A DNA stretch of 64,000 nucleotides from a virus, in IMG/VR virus record IMGVR_UViG_3300031992_000044; one strand, 5' to 3'. The notes beneath the pieces are model-generated. The model saw nothing but the letters and a program-made list of their open reading frames with translations. It ran no database searches and had not been told where the DNA came from. The position numbers and the translations under genes were made by a program. This document shows positions 43,990 to 55,476 of the stretch, in pieces (positions within the stretch are counted from its first letter, which is position 1; every line of letters begins with the position of its first letter).

Positions 43990-45077
43990 TGATTATGATA
44001 TCAGAAGAAATTACAAGATTACAAACAGCTAAAGCTAATATTAAAACTGCTATAGAAAACAAAGGGGTAGAAGTTAGTTCTAGTGCTAAGATAGATGATT
44101 ATGCAAGTTTAATAGACGACATAAGTAGTGGCGGAGACACTTCAAAATATGGAAACCTTATTGATAACTATAGCGGTAGCACTGTTACAAATTTCAATTT
44201 TTATGCATTGTTTGAACATTTAACAATACCTAGTAATATTCAAACATTATGGCTAAATTTCCCAAATTATAGTCAGATTAAGTCAATAAGTTTTGAAGCA
44301 AATTCACAATGCACTAGTTTGCCTAGCCAATGGTTTTTAAATGTGACCACTTTAACAAATGCAACTTTACCACCATTGATTACAATAATACCAAATCAAT
44401 GTTTTGATAATACAAGAATTTCTACAATAGATATTCCAAGTGGTGTTACAACCATTAATCCTTATGCTTTCAGACAAAATCCGTCACTTACTACTGTTAA
44501 TTTCCAATCTAACAATACACTTACAACCATTGGTGCTAGTGCTTTTGATAACTGTACAAATTTGTCTTCAATTACTATACCATCAAGTGTTACAAGTATT
44601 GGTAATAATGCATTCCAATACTGTAGTAGCCTTACAAGTATAATTATACCAAGTGGTGTTACAACCATTAATGCTTATGCTTTCCAAGGCTGTACTAGTC
44701 TTACAAGTATAGATATACCAAGTGGAGTTACAAATATTGGTGATTTTACTTTCCGTGGTTGCAGTAGTTTAACAAGTGTAACCATTGCTAATAGTGTTAC
44801 AAGTATTGGTGGTTATGCTTTCCAAGGCTGTACTAGTCTTACAAGTATAGATATACCAAGTGGAGTTACAAATATTGGTGATTATGCTTTCCAATACTGT
44901 AGTAGTCTATCAAGTGTAACTGTAAAAGCAGCAACGCCTCCAACATTGGGTGCAAGTGCCTTTAATGATACAAATAACTGTCCAATATATGTTCCATCTG
45001 AAAGTGTTGAAGCATATAAGTCAGCAAGTGGTTGGAGTAACTATGCAAGTAGAATCCAGCCAATACCTACAGTATAA
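43989..45077 (+). CDS. BspA-like leucine-rich-repeat protein
   Basis: At least 6 repeats of about 23 aa: IPSGVT.IG..AF.GC.SLTSI. No TAG codon. Confidence 0.8.
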   Translation: MIMISEEITRLQTAKANIKTAIENKGVEVSSSAKIDDYASLIDDISSGGDTSKYGNLIDNYSGSTVTNFNFYALFEHLTIPSNIQTLWLNFPNYSQIKSISFEANSQCTSLPSQWFLNVTTLTNATLPPLITIIPNQCFDNTRISTIDIPSGVTTINPYAFRQNPSLTTVNFQSNNTLTTIGASAFDNCTNLSSITIPSSVTSIGNNAFQYCSSLTSIIIPSGVTTINAYAFQGCTSLTSIDIPSGVTNIGDFTFRGCSSLTSVTIANSVTSIGGYAFQGCTSLTSIDIPSGVTNIGDYAFQYCSSLSSVTVKAATPPTLGASAFNDTNNCPIYVPSESVEAYKSASGWSNYASRIQPIPTV

Positions 45078-45084
45078 TTAAACT

Positions 45085-47832
45085 ATGGCAGTATTAAGAT
45101 ATTTTCATCAAGACCCCAGACAAACATCTGTACAAGAGTCATCAGTAATAGATAAACAAGGTACTGTATTAACACAGAAGTTAACTACTATAAATCAATC
45201 TATAACTAACAATACACAAGTTTTAGAAGATAAGTAGAATAGTGTACCAGGTAAATCTCTTTCTACTAATGATTTTACGGATGAATATAAGAACAAACTT
45301 AGAGGAATTGAAGAAGGAGCTGAGGTTAATGTACAATCTGACTGGGGCGAAGATGACAATACTGCAGATAGTTACATTAAGAATAAGCCTACATCACTAC
45401 CAGCTTCAGATGTATATGATTGGGCTAAACAACCAAACAAACCGTCTTATAACTTAGATGAGGTTCCGGATGGTAATATAAGAAAGCTTAGTAATTATAT
45501 ACCATTAGCCCAAAAAGGTATATATGGCGGTGTAGCTACATTGGGAGCTAATGATGGTAAAGTGCCAGAATCACAGCTTCCCAGTTATGTAGATGATGTA
45601 TTAGAATATACAAATAATAGTCAATTCCCTGTTATAGGAGAAAGCGGTAAGATATATGTAAACACTACTACTAATCTTACTTATAGGTGGACTGGTACGT
45701 AGTATACAGAGATAAGTCCGTCTATAGCCTTGGGGGAAACATCATCTACAGCTTATGCTGGAGATAAAGGTAAAGCTCTTGCGGATAGTTTATCTTCTTT
45801 GACAGGTATAGTAAACGATACGCAAGATTATCAAGATACATTAGATTGGAACACTAGAGTAGCTATAGCTAAAATAAATGGTACAGAGATAACAGCTAAG
45901 TTGCCGTCAAATCCCGACACATGGAGGCCTATTAGTGATTCTATCAATACTGTTAGTTCTACAATATCTGCATCACTTACTGCAGTAAAGGCTGCATATG
46001 ACTTAGCTGCAAGTAAGACATCGAATACTGGTACAGTAACGTCAGTAGGATTAACTGTACCGACAGGATTATCTGTATCAGGTAGTCCAGTAACTACATC
46101 TGGCACATTAGCTATTACATACGCTAGCGGATATTCTATACCTACTACAGCTAAATAGGATGAGTGGGATGCTAAGCAGAATGCTATATCAGATCTATCT
46201 ACTATACGTACCAATGCCAGTAATGGTAATACGGCATACGGTTGGGGCAATCATGCTAATGCTGGGTATTAGATGGCTATATCTGATTTGGCCACTATTA
46301 GAGACAGGGCCGATGAGGGTCATGTTGCTTATGGGTGGGGAAACCATGCTGAGGCTGGATATGTTACGTCATCCGGTGTGACATCTATAAAAATAAAAGC
46401 CACTTCCCCAATAGTTAGTAGCAGTTCTTCTGCCATAACTACAACAGGAACAAGATATATAGGTATAGCAGACGCATACGGAGATATAAAAAACCCATAT
46501 GGTGCCAAAACGGCAAATACTATACTTGCTGGTCCGACTACAGGATCTGCTGCAGTTCCAACATTTAGAGAATTAGAACAATCCGATATACCAACTTTAG
46601 ATTGGAGTAAGATAAATGCTACGGTATCAACCACAACAGTAGGATCCGCTTCGGCTAGTACAAATATATCTGCTGACGACATTACGGCATGGGATCCTGG
46701 AGCTACACCGACACTTGGAACCGCAATACCAGCAGATGATATAACTGCATGGGACGCCGGAAGTACTCCAACATTAGGAACAGCAATAAGCGCGGATGAT
46801 ATTACAGCATGGTCTGCAGGATCACTGCCTACTTTAGGGACAGCAATATCTGCAGACGACATTACTGCTTGGAGTGCTGGAACGCTACCAACATTAGGCA
46901 CCGCGATACCAGCTGACGACATAACAGATTGGACAACAAATGTACCTACGGAAGTTGTTCCAAATACAGTTGTTATAGGCGGAAGTACTACTAGTATACC
47001 AAATATATCTAAGAAGACTGTTGTAACAAGCGTAACAAAGAAAACAGTCGTTACTGGCGGTAGTACTACAGATGTGCCTAATATTAGTAAAAAGACAGTA
47101 GTTACCGGAGGTAGCACAACTGATGTACCTAATATATCTAAGAAGACTGTTGTTACCGGTGGAAGTACAACAGATGTTCCCAATATATCTAAAAAGACCG
47201 TAATAACAAGTGTATCGTTATCTGGTGGCATACTTACTATAAACACTGGTGATAGTGTAACAGTTGGTACAGCTATAAAGGCATATACCACTCTGAATAC
47301 TGGCGACAGTGTTACAGTCGGCACACCTATAAAAGCTTATACTAGTCTTACTACTGGAGATTCTGTAACGGTGGGAGATCCTATAAAAGCGTATACAAGT
47401 CTAACAACAGGCGATAGTGTCACAGTATCAACGGGCGATAGTGTAACTGTCGGAGCCGCTATAAAAGCGTACACGTCTTTAACCACAGGTCCTGCCGCAA
47501 CAGTTACTGCTGGCACAGCAGCATCTCTTGATTATAGTGCCAAGTCTATACCAAACATTACTGGTGTTGGTACACTACCGTCGTTGTCGTATACTTCGCG
47601 TAGTATACCAAATATTACTGGTGTTGGTACTCTCCCATCACTGTCTTATACATCTAGAAGTATACCTAATGTAACAGACGTAGGTACTGCCCCATCTCTT
47701 ACTTATACAGCTAAATCTATACCTAATGTAACTAGTGTGGGATCTACCCCAACACTAACTTACGCATCTCGTTCTATACCAAATATATCAGTAACAAATA
47801 AAACAGTAGTCACAGGAATAACTACACCATAA
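45085..47832 (+). CDS. tail fibre protein 1 (about 915 codons), 4 in-frame TAG codons
   Basis: One frame from ATG 45085 through TAG 45235-37, 45700-02, 46156-58 and 46270-72 into ORF 46273..47832. Contains the SDW..D..A..YIKNKP fibre motif and four families of peptide repeats. Confidence 0.75.
46666..47800 (+). repeat. four blocks of in-frame tandem peptide repeats inside fibre 1
   Basis: ISADDITAW.AG..PTLGTA x5 (54 nt). GGSTTDVPNISKKTVVT x4 (51 nt). TGDSVTVGTAIKAYTSL x5. LPSLSYTSRSIPNITGVGT x5. Copies differ mostly at synonymous positions. Confidence 0.85.
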
Positions 47833-47842
47833 AGAAGATAAT

Positions 47843-50800
47843 ATGTACGTAGGAAAAGTAAAATATGGAAATAATACATGGCCAGTCGGTTCTACACTAT
47901 ATGGCACATGTAATACTGCAGCCGATACGGTAGAAAAAACCGTAACGTTGGCAGACTTTGATACACTTCTCGAAGGTGTAACTATTCATGTTAAATTTAC
48001 ATATAGCAACACTGCAAGCAACCCGACGCTTAATGTAAACAGCACAGGAGCGTACGCAATAAAAAGATACGGAACAAAAGCCCCAGGTACCAGTTCCAAT
48101 AGTTCGTGGAACGCTGGATCTGTTGTAAGTTTTACATATGATGGTACATACTGGCAATAGAACGACTGGTTAAACAATAACACTACTTATACGTTTGATG
48201 GAACTTATGACGCAAGTACTAATAAGGCTGCTACAGTAAACACTGTTACTAATGCAATCAATGCTCTTGATGGAGGTACTATAGGTACTGGCGGTAGTGG
48301 CAAAACCATCACCTCTCTTAGTCAGACTAATGGTAATGTGTCTGCAACTTTCGGTGATATTTCAATCACGAAATCCCAAGTGTCAGACTTTCCGTCTTTG
48401 GCAACTGTAGCAACCTCAGGTTCGTATAATGACTTGAGCAACAAGCCTACAATTCCTTCTGCCGCAAACAACGGTACTTTCTCTGTCAAGACAAAGGTTG
48501 GCTCTAATGATGCTGTCACAGCAGCTGATTTTACTGCTAACCAGTCGAGTGCAGACGATATTACATTCATTCAAGGAAGTAACGTTACACTCACTACGGA
48601 TACTACAAATAGAACTGTTACCATTGCTGCAAAGGATACTACATATACTTTCGATGGTACCTACAACTCGTCTACAAATAAGGCTGCCACAGTATCTACG
48701 GTTACAAATGCCATAGCAACCCTTGACGGTACAGTCACAGGTAGTGCTGGATCAGGAAAAACCATTACTGCATTCTCACAGACAGACGGAAAGGTTTCTG
48801 CTACATTTGGCGACATTTCCATTACCAAGTCGCAGGTATCTGACTTCCCCACTATTCCTACGGTTAACAATGCTAAGTTCAGTGTGAAGGGCGATGGCAC
48901 AGAAGTTGCATCCACTACGGCTAATGCTTCATCTGCTTCTTCTGTTGACATTGTGGCAGGAAGCAATGTTACTGTGACACCGGATGCTACAAACAAAAAA
49001 ATAACTATTGCTGCTAAAGATACAACATATTCAACAGCCACTACATCAGCAGCCGGTCTTATGTCAGCAGATGACAAGACAAAGCTGAATGGCATAGCAG
49101 CAGGTGCAGATGTCAATGTTCAGTCAGACTGGAATGCAACTTCTGGTGATGCCTTCATTAAGAACAAGCCAACTATACCAGACAGCTTCCAGTGGTTCGG
49201 CACATCTTCCACAGCAGCAGACGTTGTGCAAAAAGAAGTCTCAATACCAAGTATAACCAGCTTGAAAACAGGTCAGATTATAGTAGTAAAGCCTACTGTG
49301 ACATCTACTGTTGCAAACAGCACCTTGAAACTGAATGACTTTGATGCCTATCCGATGAGATACAACAACGCTGCTATTACTACAGGTACTGACAGCATTG
49401 TATGGAGTGCAAATATTCCATCGTTATTTGTGTTTGACGGTTCATATTGGGAATTTCTTGGGCATGGATTAGATTCAAACACCACATATTCTGCAATGTC
49501 TGTAGCTGAAGGCACTGCTGGAACAAAAACTTCTGCAAGGACTATGAGGGCTGACTATCTGAAGCAGATAATTCAGGCATTAGCACCTCAATCTGACTGG
49601 AATGCAACAAGTGGAGATGCAGTGATTCTGAACAAACCAACCATCCCGACAGTGAACAACGGAAAGTTTTCCATAAAGGGTGCTGGTACAGAGGTGGTAT
49701 CTACAACAGCTAATGCCTCTTCTGATTCTTCTGTTGATATTGTGGCAGGAAGTAATGTAACGATTACACCAGATGCTACCAATAAGAAAATCACCATAGC
49801 ATCTACGGATACCAATACTACCTATTCTGCAGGTACTGGGCTTAGCTTATCTGGCACAACATTTAGTGTAAAAACCGGTTATACTACTAGTGGAAACAAT
49901 AGAGCTGTACAAGCTGACTCAAATGGTAATTTGTATGTAACACAAAAAGACGACAATGCCACATATACATTTACCGATAACAATCCGACGTTAGCTTGGG
50001 GTACTAAGTCTAAAGTAGCTACTGTTGGTGGTACCGACATTCATGTAACAATGCCAGCTAATCCGAATACTAACACTACTTATACTATAGCCACCGGCGA
50101 TAGTGATGGACAAATAAAAGTTACTCCATCTAGCGGTAGTGCTTATAACGTAAGTGTTAAAGGATTAGGTTCTAGGGCTTATGATAGCACTAGTTATTTA
50201 CCTTTAGCTGGAGGTACTTTGACTGGCGGGCTGAACTTTAAGTTTGGGCATGACCTTACACAAACAAATAACGGTGTAGAATCAGTCCAATACTACGGCA
50301 TTAGGATGTACGATAAGAACAATTATTACTCCGCACAATTATTAAACCAAGTACAAACAGACGGTACAAATGCCTTAAACTTTAACCTTAGAAATAGGAA
50401 TGGCAGTACAGAGTACGATAAAAGCCTGATGATATATCTTACTAAAGCCGGTGTCATCTCGGCATCCCTTGGCGGTGCATTTACAGCAAATTCTTTTATT
50501 AAATCAGGTGGTACATCTTCACAATTCCTGAAAGCGGATGGTAGTGTAGATAGCAATTCGTATTTGACAAGCATAACCAAAACAATGGTAACTAATGCTC
50601 TTGGTTATACCCCACCGACTACAGATACTAATACATGGCGTGGAATAACTGATAGTTACTCCGGTACAGATTCATCTATTTCTTTATCTCAAAAAGGCGG
50701 CAATGCTTTATACAATGCACTTTTAAACGGGTATGCTAGTTCTGCAGGATATGCAGATTCAGCAAGTTATGCTTCATCTATACCTTCAAGAACAATATGG

Positions 50801-51805
50801 GGGCAATCATTCAATGGAACTGCAAATGTAAATGGAACGTTCTATTTTACTAATGGAGATGCAACTATGAAAATATATGGTGCGCCATCTACTGTCGAGT
50901 CTTACGGTAACGAAAGAGTTGCAATACAAACATCATTTGATATGCAAGATCCAGAAACATCTTCTTATCCAACGAATTATCCTACCCGTGCGGCACTACT
51001 TTTGCAACCAAGAGGAGGCTACGTGGGCATAGGTACTACATCTCCATCCACAAGGATGCATGTTGTAGGCAGAGTGACGTGTGAATATAGTAGTGCATAT
51101 TCTGGTTCATTTAGTGCTATTCGTGATGTCTATGAAGGATGTTTTGGAATAAATAGTTCCGGTTATACACTTCTTACTACAAATAAAGTTGGTGATTCTA
51201 GTGCAAGAGTTAGAATATCATTAAGTCCTCATACTATTACAAACAGCAGAATTATTTTGAATGATAATGTAGAAATGTCTAATGGTAGTGGTATATATTA
51301 GGCATCATCTTATAGTTCCAGTAGTGATCCTTTTTATATACAAAACCACGATTTGTATGATAACGATGTTTCAATAGGACGCCCTGGAGATTCAGGAAAA
51401 CCTTGGGTTGGTATAGGTATACGGAAACCGTCTTATAAACTGCATGTAAATGGAGCATGCGGAGCTACATCGTTTCCTAATACATCGGATATAAGATTGA
51501 AAGATATATAGTCAGAGTGGTTACCTAAACTGGAAGATATAGCAAACGCTCCATCATTCTTGTTTAAATGGAATAATATAAAGGATGATACTGTTCATTT
51601 AGGTAGTAGTGCGCAATATTGGGAAGAAAAAGCTCCAAATGTAGTAACAGAAGCAAATGATGAAATAAAGACAAAATCGTTGCAGTATGATGTATTGGGA
51701 ACTGTAAACAGTATAGCCATAGCAAAAGAAGTTGTAAGTTTAAAAGAAGAAATAAAGCTTCTGCAGGCTTAGATTGCAGAATTAAAGTAGCTACTAAATA
51801 ATTAA
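47843..51805 (+). CDS. tail fibre protein 2 (about 1320 codons) with C-terminal S74-type intramolecular chaperone, 5 in-frame TAG codons
   Basis: ORFs 47843.., 48338.. and 51560.. share one frame. TAG at 48158-60, 51299-301, 51509-11, 51770-72 and 51788-90. C-terminus TSDIRLKDI(TAG)SEW...FKWNN resembles the SDxRxK chaperone motif. TAA at 51803-05. Confidence 0.75.
48184..49830 (+). repeat. two pairs of large internal duplications in fibre 2
   Basis: About 210 nt: 48184-48394 versus 48641-48850 (TYTFDGTY..SATFGDISITKSQVSDFP). About 180 nt: 48854-49030 versus 49645-49830 (PTVNN.KFS.KG.GTEV.STTANASS..SVDIVAGSNVT.TPDATNKKITIA). Confidence 0.8.
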
Positions 51806-51817
51806 ATATAATCGATT

Positions 51818-53419
51818 ATGTGTAATAATAATTGTTGTACGTGTTGTCAATGTGGCACGCACGATGACGATACTCCACAGGAGATCACATATACCTCTGT
51901 ATGTAATAGTGATGTATGCAAAGATAAAGATGGATGCAGATGCTGTTGCTGTAAAAACAAAGGAGTATGTGAAGATGATCCTAACATTCGCTTGGATGGT
52001 ATGGAAGAGCGTATGGAGGAGTGTTGTGAAGAAGTGAATGAAAGAATTACGAATCTAGAATGCGAGCTTTGTGAAGAGATAAGTCGTTCTACAACGAAAG
52101 ACGAAGAGCACGATGAGAAGATAGAAGATCTTTATAATAAAGAGAGTTTAGACTATAATAATGTTAACTATACTCTCGATAACCACAATCTTGTTGTAAA
52201 CTTCTATCATGATGATGTATTCCAGGATAGTATTACTATTCCGGTAGAGTCATTTATAAAAGACTGGTTTGTTGATGATGTCGATTTGATAGATTCTCAT
52301 ATACTTAGAATAACGTTTAATGTAGATCCTACTACAGAAACTCATCATGAACCCAGAATAATCGACATTGATCTTAATGATTTTCTAAATCCCAGTAACT
52401 ATTATACTAAGACTCAGATCGACAATATGATCAATCCTCTTAGTCAAAGTATAACTAACCTTACTACAAACCTTAATAATTATAAGACAGAAGTAAGTAA
52501 TACATACGAAACTAAAGTTGCTGCTGGTAATCATATCAACAATGTCGATTATGATCAAAACGATCATCATACACTCATCTTTACAAAAGAGAATGGTTAG
52601 ACTATAACAAAAACAATTCCCGATAGCGATTTGTACATATAGTCTGGTCAATATACAGGTGGTAATCTTGTACTTACTAGAAACAATAATACAACCGTTA
52701 CAATTCCTGTACCTGCAACAAATCATATTGTTGGAGGAAGTATTGATGGACGCGTAATAACTCTTGTTAGAGAGAACAACGGTACACCTGTTACCATCCA
52801 ACTTCCGGCTGATGCAAATACATATCCTGTAAGTGCAGAAATTATTGGCAATACACTTACTATCACAAACAGCGATGGTAGTACTGTTCCTGTAACATTG
52901 CCTACTGATAATGATCATTATGTTACTGGCGGTAGCATTTCTGGAAGCACACTTACTCTCACTAGAAACGGAGGGCTTTCCAATGTAACAGTTCAGCTTC
53001 CTGCGTGGAAAACTACAGATAATGATCATTATGTTACCAGCGGTACCGTTACAAATGGTGTATTGAAATTAACAAGAGATGGTATAAACGGAACGGTAGA
53101 TATAACACTTCCTGAAGGCGCAGATGGAGACCATTATCCAACGCAAGCAACATTGAATGGAAATACACTTACGATTTCTGGTAATACCGGATTTAATCCG
53201 TTTAGTGTAGATCTTTCTGGTATCAGCGGTACTACCAATGTAACATATGGTGGTGATACCGTAACATTACAGCAAGCTATCACATCTATTGAAAACAGGT
53301 TGAACGCACTTGAAGGATTGTGGGAGATTAATCCGAACGACAGTACACAGGTTGTTGCTAAGAATAATAGATCAGCAAAGGCCGCAGGATTCTATGATTC
53401 GACTGTAAACGCAGTATAA
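51818..53419 (+). CDS. fibre/receptor-binding-like protein with Cys-rich N-terminus, 2 in-frame TAG codons
   Basis: ORFs 51818..52600 and 52898..53419 share a frame, bridged through TAG 52598-600 and 52640-42. Repeats of TDNDHYVTGGS..G..LTLTR. Confidence 0.65.
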
Positions 53420-53430
53420 TAATATAATAT

Positions 53431-55473
53431 ATGGTAGACTTTAATAAAAAGATTCTAAATAGTTCAAAGTTCCGCTAGCCAGCTATATTCTTTAAAGAGC
53501 ATGGATGTTATACACTGGCTCCGCGTGGAACAACCGATTATATACAATATTGGGATAGAGAAACACAAAGGTGCATAAACGGATATGTAGCACCTGATGG
53601 CGACGCTATTACAGGCTACCATTATTTTTACCTAAACTATAGTCCTATTATGAAGTTGGAGGAAACTAAGTATACAGATAGGTACGGAAACGAACGTACC
53701 AGAAGAGAACGTGTACTTAATTTCCCCGACTTCTGGGATTATGATTATTACTACTTCAATGCGATAGAAGAAGCCGAAAACCAAGGGAAACACATGGCAA
53801 CCCTTAAATGCAGACAGAGAGGTTATAGCTTTAAAGGGGCTAGTATGCTGGTGCGAAACTATGAACTCATCCCAGGATCAAAGAATTTCGCAGTAGCTTC
53901 TGAGTAGAAGTTTCTTATAGGAGATGGACTACTTACGAAAGCTTGGTAGATCATGGATTTCGTAGACAAGCACACAGCATGGTCTAAACAACGTCTAACA
54001 TCAACCCGTATGGAGCGTGTATCTGGTTACAAAGTCACAGATGAATTTGGTAAACAGACAGAACAAGGATATTTGAGCTCTATTACAGGTATTACACTAA
54101 AGAATGACCCAGAACGTCTTCGTGGTACTCGTGGTAAGCTTGTGCTATTTGAGGAGTGCGGTAAGTTCCCCAACCTAGAAACAGCATGGCGTGTTGAACA
54201 ACCTGCTGTAGAAACTGACGACGGTGTGGCATTCGGTTTGCTTTGTGCATTTGGTACAGGTGGTACTGAAGGAGGTAGCTTTGATGGTCTAAAGAATCTA
54301 TTCTATAAACCAGATGCATTTAATGTATTATCTTTCGATAATATATGGGATGACGGATAGGAGAATACTAAATGTGGATTCTTTGTACCAGCGTGGAGTA
54401 ATATGGGTCCTGAGTTCATGGATGAAGACGGTAATAGCGATAAAGATAGATCTATAGAAGAATTAATGGTATAGCGTAACAAAGTTAAAGATGGAGGCGC
54501 TACACAGACATCTATAGATAGGTTTATCTCAGAACGTCCTTTAAAGCCACAAGAGGCTGTCTTAGAGCTTGGAAGAAACATATTCCCTAGAAAGCTATTG
54601 ATGGACCAGCTAACCCGTATCAGAACCAATAAGAAGCTTTAGAATATGAAACATATTGTAGATCTTCTATGGGACGGTAAAGGTGGTGTTGAAGCAGTAG
54701 AAAAGAAATCTGGAGATATAACTACTTATCACTTAAAGAAAGATGACAAACCAAAAGGATCAGTAGTTATCTGGGAATACCCAATCACAGATCCCCCATT
54801 TGGATTATACATTGGCGGCTGCGACCCGTATGATCATGACGAGTCGTTCACTAACTCGTTAGGATCGACGTTTATTTTTAAAAGAGTTAGAGCTGGAGAG
54901 GCTTGGAACGATGTAATAGTCGCAGAATATACTGGGCGACCAGATACTGCTGAAGAATATTACGAAAACGTGCGTAAACTATTGATATTCTATAATGCAC
55001 GTCTGTTGTTTGAGAATGAACGTAAGGGTATCTACCCTTACTTCACAAACAAACACTGTGATTATCTTCTTGCAGATTAGCCAGATAAAATAATTACGGA
55101 AGTCTTTAAAGACAGTAGAGTACAGCGCCGCAAAGGCTGTCATATGACTAAATAGATTAGGGCGTATGGAGAAGGATTAATCCTCGAATGGCTTATGGAA
55201 GAGTATGAAGAAGGGCATCCTAATCTAGAAAGAATATACAGCGAACCTTTGATAGAAGAGTTAATAGAAAACGACGGTGAGAAAAACGTAGACCGTGTTA
55301 TTGCTATGTGTATGGTTATGATATATAGAGAAGAACTATATCAAGTTAAAGTGTCCGCTGCAAAAGAACAAAACAAATAGGTTGAACTCTTCGAACTACC
55401 TTTATTCAGTTAGCGATACTGGGATGCTGATGAAGAGGTAGTGCAAGACAACATACCTGTATTTAACTTTTAA
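53431..55473 (+). CDS. terL: terminase large subunit, 10 in-frame TAG codons
   Basis: A single frame carries ORF pieces 53650.., 53953.., 54646.. and 55195... TAG at 53476, 53905, 53950, 54358, 54472, 54640, 55078, 55153, 55378 and 55411. VLFEECG (Walker B-like) and GGCDPYDHD (nuclease Asp) motifs. TAA at 55471-73. Confidence 0.8.
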
Positions 55474-55476
55474 TAT

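Noticed and set aside
46329-47324. Long antisense ORFs (46329..47324, 62010..62876, 52385..53029, 45831..46250) as genes
   Set aside because: They lie entirely inside strongly supported sense-strand genes (fibres, capsid) and have low-complexity, repeat-mirrored products. These are typical shadow ORFs.
46666-47800. Diversity-generating retroelement (template/variable repeat) in the fibre repeats
   Set aside because: No reverse transcriptase lies in the window. Differences between repeat copies are mostly synonymous and not confined to adenine positions. The repeats are tandem and in-frame rather than a TR/VR pair.
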